A stretch of DNA of 64,000 bases from Octopus sinensis (taxonomy: Eukaryota), in NCBI RefSeq assembly GCF_006345805.1, contig NC_043012.1, positions 17,918,001-17,982,000 of the forward strand, written 5' to 3'. Position numbers and translations under genes: made by a program. Position 1 is the stretch's first letter. Every line of letters starts with the position of its first letter. Below the pieces are notes generated by a model that searched no databases, was not told the origin of the DNA, and saw only the letters and a list, made by a program, of their open reading frames with translations. Positions 55,111 through 64,000 of the stretch are shown here, piece by piece.

Positions 55111-55656
55111 TTGGGTTGTCCGGAAAATTCGTGCCGATTTATAGTAGCTTATATTTCGACTTATTTTAGATCATGGTTGAGTTCATAAAACAGGATTTGA
55201 CTACACCTCTATTTACAGCACAATTTAATCTATCTTTTTGTGGAAGAAGGTTTATGTTCCTATAACCTGTGTTAATTCTGTAACCCTTTAAAATGGAAGA
55301 TAATAAAATTCATTTTCGGCAAACAAAAATTGCTGCAGCTCGGCTGGGATGTGTTACCCCACCCTACATATTCACCAGATATTGTTCCTTCGGATTTCCA
55401 CTTATTCAGGTCTCTGTAGAATAGTCTTAATGGTAAAAATTTCAATTCCTTGGATGACGTAAAAAGATAACTTGATGAATTATTTGCTATGAAACTACCT
55501 GAATTCTGGGAAGAGGGTATTTTCAAGTTAAAGGAAAGATGGAGACGCATTGTGCAACAAAACGGTTCATATTTGGTTGATTAAAAATGTAATGGCAAGT
55601 ATTTATTGAGCTTTCTCGTTCCTTTAAAATCGGCACAAACTTTCCGGTCAACCCAA
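55111..55656 (+). mobile_element. Internally deleted mariner, 546 bp
   Basis: 30-bp TIRs TTGGGTTGTCCGGAAAATTCGTGCCGATTT (3 mismatches), TA flanks; LGWDVLPHPTYSPDIVPSDFHLFRSL...WRRIVQQNGSY. Confidence 0.92.
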
Positions 55657-55699
55657 TAGAAGACTTTAATATACACGAAAGAAGGAGAAAGCATCTGAT

Positions 55700-56200
55700 T
55701 ACTTAGAGAAGAGAACTCCGTACTCACTGCACAAACACATTTATTTACACGGTACAACATTTGGAAATTTGGAGAGTGGTTGTATGACTTCTTAAAAGAC
55801 AGACGACAGGCTGCTGCAGCCAATGGAGCCCTCCCCAATGACACAGTAATAGAGAGTGGAGGTCCTCGGGGAACTATACTGGAGCCACTGCTGTTCTTGA
55901 GAGCTCTCTCAGACATGCCATCTGTTACACAAACAGCTGCCCTTGCTAGCAATACCGACGACACGGAAGTAGTACAAGCAGTCAAGAAACCTTTTGATGC
56001 TAATCTTCTCCAGACAGACCTAGATATCATATGTAATAAATAGACTGAGGAAAACAACATGCAATTTAATGCAGGGAAAATCCAAGCCCTCCGCTTCCAA
56101 CAAATTCGTGCACAGAAGCTGCAACAGTAATGCTTTGGACGAAAAGGAGCGGCAATCGCAGGGTTAAAATATGGTACACGATCTCGAGATTGATAAGATC
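55700..56200 (+). mobile_element. CR1-like LINE RT fragment
   Basis: DFLKDRRQ...SGGPRGTILEPLLFL...SNTDDT...LQTDLD...MQFNAGK matches SGVPQGTVLGPLLF...YADDT. Confidence 0.85.
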
Positions 56201-56221
56201 AAGGATGTCTCGTTTCATACA

Positions 56222-56350
56222 GGCGCATGGTTTAGTTGTTAGGGCTCACATTCATGATATTAAGACTATGGTCCGGTTCCAGGACACGTCAGTGTGTTAT
56301 GTTCTTGAGCAAAACATCTAATTTGCCCGTTGCTCCATTCAACGAAGCAC
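56222..56350 (+). mobile_element. SINE family C/D-type head, degenerate
   Basis: GGCGCATGGTTTAGTTGTTAGGG...GTTCTTGAGCAAAACA. Confidence 0.6.
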
Positions 56351-56434
56351 ACAAAATTAAGTAATAGCCTTTGTAGCTTATGGAACATGTTGATATATAT
56401 TCTTTTACTTGTTTCAGTCATTTGACTGCGGTCA

Positions 56435-56691
56435 TATGTATGTATGTATGAATATATATATGTATGTATGTATATATTATGTATGTATGTATTTATGTAT
56501 GTATGTATGTATGTATGTATGTATGTATGTATGTATGTATGTATGTATGTATGTATATATTTATGTATGTATGTATATATGTATGTATGCCTTTATTAAT
56601 TTTATTTCAAGATGTCTTACTAATAGAGATCTAAGACTTCTTCATTGGAATTTCAACATCAACAGGGTAATTTTGTATGTATGTATGTATA

Positions 56692-56725
<34 letters not shown>

Positions 56726-56760
56726 CATTTATGTTTGTATGTATGTATGCATGTATAATG
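56435..56760. repeat. (TATG)n tracts
   Basis: Directly visible. Confidence 0.85.
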
Positions 56761-59549
56761 TATGTGCAGATTTCTGTGTTTTATGTATCCCTTCTCATGC
56801 ATATAGTTGCATATCTAGACATGCTCATATATATTTAGATGATAAACGTCTGGAAACTTTTACAGATTTTTACAGTTCCAGTGATGGACTGGATCTGTAG
56901 CCTTCGAATTAGCTTTCTCCTCTCTGGTTTTCAGAAGCCTAACTTCTCAAGATTGGTATCTAGGCAGTGTATTACGCACCCCAGGGCCCCAATAATATAT
57001 GTATGTATATGTGTATGTACGTATATGGGCAACCTCATCTCTGGGTCCTTCTAATTTTCAACTCTTGTTCTATGTTTTTGTCAACCTCATCTTTCCTTCA
57101 ATCCATCTACCTTACCAATGTGGTAATCGTCACGTCGTCTGTCCAGTTGTTACGTCTATCAACCAAACATCTTTCAAATCACAAAAATTACAATCTTAAG
57201 AAGCAATATTTCATAGTGTAAATACATTCACTGAACGTAAGAAAAGCGAAATCAGAACGATGGCCAATTGCGGAACGTACTTAGATAATTGCACCTGCTC
57301 GCTGTGACCTGATATGTAGCAAAACTAAAATAAAGAAATGAAAAACAAAACGCACCACAACATTTGATCCCATCTTTCAGAGAAATGAAATTTAGTTCTG
57401 TAGTGCATCGCGTTCTACTTCCTTCTTATATCACCAAGAGACTTAAAGGCTTTTTCACTAAAGTCTTTGACTTATTACGTTATATTATATTTAAATATTC
57501 CCAACGATCAATTTTTTCTTCGACTCATATTTCCATAGATCTACTAACAACAAAGCCTAATTGCTTTTACTCCAAGGAATGAGATGAAATGCTCTTTGTT
57601 AGAGAATCTTAGCTTGTATGACCCATAAACAGCACCGACTTCCTTTATTGCTAAAAACTCCATTTATTTTGCTCACATCCATTGTTCCGTTCCACGTTCG
57701 ATTTTCTTTCACTGTCTTTATCATCTCTTAAGCATTGTTCAAAATATCTACACATCATATGTAGTTAGTTATCAGTAAATTGTCTATGCAAAGTAGTGCC
57801 AATATGCAAGTAATATTTCTTCACGCGGTTCATAAAATTTATGGTCGAAATGGTTATAGAATGATCCCACGTGATGTCCAAGAAATTATTCGCATTAAGA
57901 TAGTGACGAAGAATTTTTTTTTTTATAACTTGATCATACAGATTCTTTAGAGAAGTTGTCAGTATTCTTTCCACTGTGCATTCATGAGGTTTCTACAAAG
58001 TGTGTACATTTGCTGATTCCTATTCTTCTCTTTCATTCATTCGTTTTCAATAGTGATAAAGGTCATAGGCAGCAGTAATTTGTATTTTTCAATTCCGATG
58101 GGTTTGATAAAATAAATGCGTAGAATGCACTTGGGTAGATTCAAAAGAACACTAAAATCCGGCGTACTAATTTCTGACCTTACACCAACGCAAGTAATCA
58201 TTATTAGGAATATAGGAATGTAAAGAGCAGGTGGATGGTAACGATTAATACTGCAGCCAACACAATACCTTGCTGTATATAACTACATACTTTTACATTC
58301 CTGGTTCAAATTCCGGTAGAGGTTATTTTAGAACTCACAATTAAATAAAAAAATCACCAGTCAAATAAATATTAGATATCAATACATTATTTTTGTTCTG
58401 CAAAAACGAAAAACATTTTCTTTTTCTTAAAAAAAAGATCAACACTGCTATCGTTGAATTCTAGATCATTTCACATCTAATATCCGTATTATAGAAACAC
58501 CAACGGCAATATCACTAACACCAATATCAGAATTTGGGCTAAAATCTGATCTGTTGTACGTGCAGGAATTCGACCGAGACATCATAGGTATTCGCTTGAG
58601 GATAATTACTGCCTTGCAACCGAAATGCCATCTAGATTTTTGTACAGATTGTTTCAAAGCGGTTTGAAGATTGATGCTGGAAGTGTTGTATAGACCAACT
58701 ACCAGAGGGCCTGAAATTAATCAGGGTCATTATCTTCCCAGTTTTGAAAAGATCTAAAACAAAGCTGTAAACAAGCGCAGACGGTTTTCAGCTACTATGT
58801 ATACTTGCAGCGGTTATTATTTTTATCTTAATTTCTAAAATTGAGACATAACTATGTCTCAAATATTAATGACATTTTTATTTCTTGAAGATTTCATCTC
58901 CTTCTGTTGTCGGTTTGCATTATCCAATAAAAAAAACGTGTGTGGGTTTTTTTCAAAGGCAATAAAGACTCGTGTCTCTAAATACTATAGAATTTTTTCA
59001 ACTGCTTCTTTTTTTTATTTGGATCACTTAAGTGTTTGTAGACCCATTAGTTTTAATCATTATTCGTTAGAAGTCGTGTTTTTTATTGGGTATTTTCAAT
59101 GTGCCAAAAAGAACAAACAAATAAATATCTGCATCCGTTCGATAATTTCAGAGATGTGTTTTTGTTTTATATTTTTATCGTATTTTCACGGATGTCTGTA
59201 ATATATATTTAGGGCTTAACATCTCCCTTTTCTATGTTGTGCATAGTAGTAAAACCTTAGGTATTCACTGTACATTTGTAAGGGAACCTTTCAGTCTGTC
59301 CCAGGGAGTCTATTATTACAGGGACTTTTTGTATTCATTGACTTCATATGAAGTTTTAATTATTTCAAGAAAGGCACAAGCCTGACTGGGCACTAAGTAG
59401 CATGCTTCTCCAATACATGGTCCAGAGTTCAGTCCCACTGCATGGCACTTTGGGCAACTGTCTTCTAACATGGCTTCCGGCCGACCGAATCTTTCTACGT
59501 GGATTGTGGATTTGGTTGAGGGAAACTGAAAGAATCCTGTCGCATATAC

Positions 59550-59603
<54 letters not shown>

Positions 59604-59885
59604 CAACAATTGAGGGCAAAATTAATTAATTATTAATCAATTTCACCAAGTGTTCAGTATGCAAAGGGACCATTCGAGGCGAATTCAAATTATTACATTA
59701 TATAAAAGGGCTTAGTAAAATAAATTACTTTGCCGCATACTGAACTCATTAGAAATAGCAGCTAAAAAACTTTTTTAAAACTATTTCTAATACTTAAAGA
59801 AAATCTCTCTCATATATAGTGTTTGCTTAATTCAACTCACAAAAGTTTGGGGGTAAGGACATCGAAAAATCAAATGCTAAGGTTA

Positions 59886-59942
59886 TTCGAGAACGTACGT
59901 TTCAAGATTAGTCAAAACAACACTTCTATCATCAGCTCAGAA
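59886..59942 (-). ncRNA. Type I hammerhead motif (left-arm copy)
   Basis: Exact reverse complement of 60403-60459. Confidence 0.6.
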
Positions 59943-60402
59943 ATTCCTTGGTTTGGATTTGGAAACACTGAAAATAAGAACATACCCTTTCGAAGATCTG
60001 CTCCCAACTAACAGTGCCAACAAATTCAAATAAGCAAGCGAAGAATCTCTGTTCTCCCCTTTCCACCAGCGTGGGTTAAAATCATCAAACACTATGCTTA
60101 TTTCGGTAAAATCCGAAGCATTAATCAGAGGGAGATTAATTATAATTTCAACAATTGAGGGCAAAATTAATTAATTATTAATCAATTTCACCAAGTGTTC
60201 AGTATGCAATCTCCCTCTGATTAATGCTTCGGATTTTACCGAAATAAGCATAGTGTTTGATGATTTTAACCCACGCTGGTGGAAAGGGGAGAACATAGAT
60301 TCTTCGCTTGCTTATTTGAATTTGTTGGCACTGTTAGTTGGGAGCAGATCTTCGAAAGGGTATGTTCTTATTTTCAGTGTTTCCAAATCCAAACCAAGGA
60401 AT

Positions 60403-60459
60403 TTCTGAGCTGATGATAGAAGTGTTGTTTTGACTAATCTTGAAACGTACGTTCTCGAA
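60403..60459 (+). ncRNA. Type I hammerhead motif (right-arm copy)
   Basis: UUCUGAG-CUGAUGA-U-AGAAGU...ACU(AA)UCU-U-GAA-ACGUACGU-U-CUCGAA: core, palindromic stem III, stem I GAG/CUC plus UUC/GAA. Confidence 0.6.
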
Positions 60460-60664
60460 TAACCTTAGCATTTGATTTTTCGATGTCCTTACCCCCAAAC
60501 TTTTGTGAGTTGAATTAAGCAAACACTATATATGAGAGAGATTTTCTTTAAGTATTAGAAATAGTTTTAAAAAAGTTTTTTAGCTGCTATTTCTAATGAG
60601 TTCAGTATGCGGCAAAGTAATTTATTTTACTAAGCCCTTTTATATAATATATATATATATATAT

Positions 60665-61200
60665 ATTTTCACCTTATAAATGTTACGTCAGGTCTGACAT
60701 AGCACAGACATTGATTAGCACAACCTAATTTCTATGCATACATACGTGTTGCATGTGTCTCTGGACTCTCGATTTGGGATTTTTCTAAGCTTAGATTTAA
60801 TATCGTGTTAAAGTGCTTTTAGAAACCAGTCCCGCTTACTATCTAATCGAAATATCCTTCACTAAGTACTAAAATATATCTCCTAAATAACTGAAGGGGT
60901 TAACCAAGTATCTTTTGCCTTTTATCTGTTTCAGACATTAGACTGCGACCATGATGGAGCACAACCTTGAAAAATCTTTAGTGGCATGTATTGATCTCAG
61001 TACTCATTACTTTTAAAGCCTGGTTCTTAGTATATCGTCTCCCGGTTCTGAACCGCTAAGTTGCGGAGATGTGAACGCAACAGCACCGGTTGTCAGGCGT
61101 TGCGGGTGTCAGAGACACAAAGACACACACAGACATACATACAAATATATAAATACACACACACACACACACACTGACACACACACTCACACACACACAC

Positions 61201-61256
<56 letters not shown>

Positions 61257-61732
61257 ATGTATGTCTGTGTGTGTCTTTGTGTCTCTGACACCCGCAACGC
61301 CTGACAACCGGTGCTGTTGCGTTTACATCTCCGCAACTTAGCGGTTCAGAACCGGGAGACGATATACTAAGAACCAGGCTTTAAAAGTAATGAGTACTGA
61401 GATCAATACATGCCACTAAAGATTTTTCAAGGTTGTGCTCCATCATGGTCGCAGTCTAATGTCTGAAACAGATAAAAGGCAAAAGATACTTGGTTAACCC
61501 CTTCAGTTATTTAGGAGATATATTTTAGTACTTAGTGAAGGATATTTCGATTAGATAGTAAGCGGGACTGGTTTCTAAAAGCACTTTAACACGATATTAA
61601 ATCTAAGCTTAGAAAAATCCCAAATCGAGAGTCCAGAGACACATGCAACACGTATGTATGCATAGAAATTAGGTTGTGCTAATCAATGTCTGTGCTATGT
61701 CAGACCTGACGTAACATTTATAAGGTGAAAAT
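60665..61732. repeat. 1068-bp near-perfect palindrome (inverted duplication of flank)
   Basis: Arms 60665-61143 and 61254-61732 (479 bp, one mismatch seen at 61073/61324) around a (CA)n(TA)n(TG)n centre. Confidence 0.93.
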
Positions 61733-62808
61733 CTGTCCAGTTATGATTGTTTCCACATGATGTGGCATATAAAACAACACAGTTCAAATCTCTTCCACTT
61801 ACAGTGACAACGACTACGTTGAGCCAACATTGTGGGGTCAACGTTTTAAGATAAAATGGGATACGTTATTGCGGTCACGTGTTCGTGGATAGACGTTGGC
61901 ATACATATACATTCATTTACTTGTGTTTATGCTGGAGTATTTCCGAGTATGTCTATACAAACGTATGCATTTCAGTAAGCGATGCAATGATACAACAGAC
62001 TCATTTAATCTAGGTGTGTTTGAAACATTAAACTCGTCGAAAGAATAACTTAGAAAAATACATCATTACAATGATAATATTCTACTTTCTTTCACCAAAA
62101 ATGACAATTCAACAAGACTGTCACTTTTAATAAAGCTTCAAACTTTAACGAAAATTTATTTCTATTGTCTAAATGTTGACGTTTATATAAGCATCTTGAA
62201 ACTCCTTTCAAAATTTCGATATAAGATAGCTTCTATCTCGACATTTTCATTTTCTATGTGTAGAAATGTAAGTTTATTTAATACGTACACTTTTCTTTAT
62301 CAGCTGCATATTAAGCTGTCATGTTTACTGTCAAAATATTAGGTATAAAAGCTTCATTTATTCTTTCATGTTACTTAACGTCTCTCAATCAAATTCATCT
62401 GATCGTTGTCCTTTTTTTCTTTCCAAACTCACGCTTCTCAAACACTTTTCTGTCATAAACAATAAGAATATTATCGTTGTCATGATAATTGGTGGTACCA
62501 CCACCACCACCACCACCACCACCACCACCACCACCACCCTCATTATCGCTGCCATTTCCATTACATGCATGCTTATGTGTTCTAGAAGAAGGTTTGATTT
62601 GCAGCATCTTGACTTCCCACCGTTCCGCAGACAAATATATAATTTCGGGTATGTATGTATGTATGTATCTATGTGTGTGTGTGTATATATACACATATGT
62701 ATGTGTATATATATATATATACGTAGCTATGTCTATATATATATATACATATATATACATATATATATATGTGTGTGTATATATATATATACATATATGT
62801 ATGTATAT

Positions 62809-62878
<70 letters not shown>

Positions 62879-62887
62879 GTATGTATA

Positions 62888-63400
62888 CATGAATCTACTG
62901 CATTTTCATCTTCGAAAACAGATGGAAGCCCTGTGCTTAATCTGGCGAATCGGGTGGCTGTAGAAGAGTTTTTGTCGAGAAACTCACGAGTGAGGAGAGG
63001 TCGGTGCAATATCCAGATGTTCGCGATCCACAAATCGGTCACTTTCGCCGAATGTCCTCCCTTAAATGCTTCAAAACGTCTCAGTAGAAATCTCAATTGA
63101 CGTCTGTCACCGGCCGACGAATTCTCTATGCACAATATCACATTTCCGGGAGTGATGCGCCAGGAAGTTCTTCCGGATCACTCATCATCTTCCAAGGATG
63201 TTCTTCCACTTTTAGAGCGCCCCTGCCACTTGAAACATTGCGCATGACCCATTGTAACGTAACCGTAAACTTGCTGAAGCATGCTCAACGTCTCTATAGC
63301 AGACTTCTCAAGTTTAACACCCTATTTAACAATGGCTCTTTGTCACAGACTATGACAAAATCGCAGACAAAATCGTCTGTTTGTGAATTAAGATAAATTC
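62888..63400 (-). mobile_element. Internally deleted mariner (irritans-like), frameshifted
   Basis: QRAIVK*GVKLEKSAIETLSMLQQVYG...SLEDDE*SGR (HTH) joined to IVHREFV...DVLKHLREDIRRK...[16 protein letters not shown]. Confidence 0.85.
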
Positions 63401-63619
63401 TTATTGAAGATAGAAAACAATCATAATTATCAGTAATTCTCCACAATAGATATTACATAAAAACAAATGCAGACTAACTGTCTTGAGACAAATGCAAATC
63501 TGTAAGTGCTATTTCTGCCACAATAGACGTCATAAGCACAGCTGCTGTTCTATATGTTTCGAACTGGCGAGTTATTTAGATATTTATAAAAATGAACAGA
63601 AAACATTTTTTGACTAATT

Positions 63620-63769
63620 TCTTTAGATGTTATCATCATCATCATCATGATCATCATCATCATCATCGTCGTCGTCGTCGTCATCATCATCATCATCATC
63701 ATGATCATCACCATCATCATCATGATCATCATCATTATTATTATTATTATTATTATATTATTATTATTA

Positions 63770-63833
<64 letters not shown>

Positions 63834-63860
63834 ATTATTATTATTATTATTATTATTATT
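63620..63860. repeat. (CAT)n-(CGT)n-(TAT)n trinucleotide tract
   Basis: Directly visible. Confidence 0.95.
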
Positions 63861-64000
63861 CTTTACATGCCTGCATCCATATTTTATTTGTATTCTCATA
63901 AAGGTGAGTGTTATTGACGACATAGCGACTACAAAATTCGGGAACGAAAACCATTCCTTCCATCGCCACCACAGTATCGAATTTTAAATAAGTGCTTCAT

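Larger units (their letters stand above)
59600..60648. mobile_element. Non-coding HHR-bearing element: 545-bp monomer with 65-bp terminal redundancy plus inverted 441-bp copy
   Basis: 59600-59664 = 60145-60209 (direct); 59697-60137 is the reverse complement of 60208-60648 with one mismatch seen (60049/60296). Confidence 0.9.
59372..61486 (+). mobile_element. SINE family A split at its central microsatellite by a 1.65-kb insertion
   Basis: Head at 59372-59565 and tail at 61254-61486, both plus orientation; together they make one family A copy. Confidence 0.75.

Noticed and set aside
57765-57974. ORF with NFLDITWD, faintly like PLE RT
   Set aside because: Similarity rests on one short motif; too weak to call.
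59823-60522. Two identical 62-aa ORFs on opposite strands
   Set aside because: A by-product of the 441-bp inverted repeat; no recognisable protein motif.

Overview
This is AT-rich, microsatellite-dense animal genomic DNA, most likely an octopus (inferred from the tRNA-derived SINE families, base composition and repeat density; not confirmed by a search). I recognise no host protein-coding gene, and most ORFs in the track are translations of simple repeats. The window is a graveyard of mobile DNA. It holds four or more SINE families, two RTE and one CR1-like LINE fragments, several Penelope-like (PLE) remnants, a 4.2-kb decayed Rep/PIF1 Helitron with both ends plus a complete 395-bp non-autonomous Helitron, six Tc1/mariner copies and a Chapaev3-like fragment. 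The most interesting signal is a set of small elements carrying hammerhead-ribozyme (HHR) motifs, most of them folded back and sitting in (TA)n tracts. At 59.6-61.7 kb, a non-coding 545-bp HHR-bearing monomer (1.1 copies plus an inverted 0.8 copy) lies inside the central microsatellite of a SINE. It is followed by a near-perfect inverted duplication of 479 bp of the downstream flank. At 16 kb, a GIY-YIG PLE end carries a tRNA-like Pol III cassette just upstream of its HHR. Family labels A-E for SINEs are my own.
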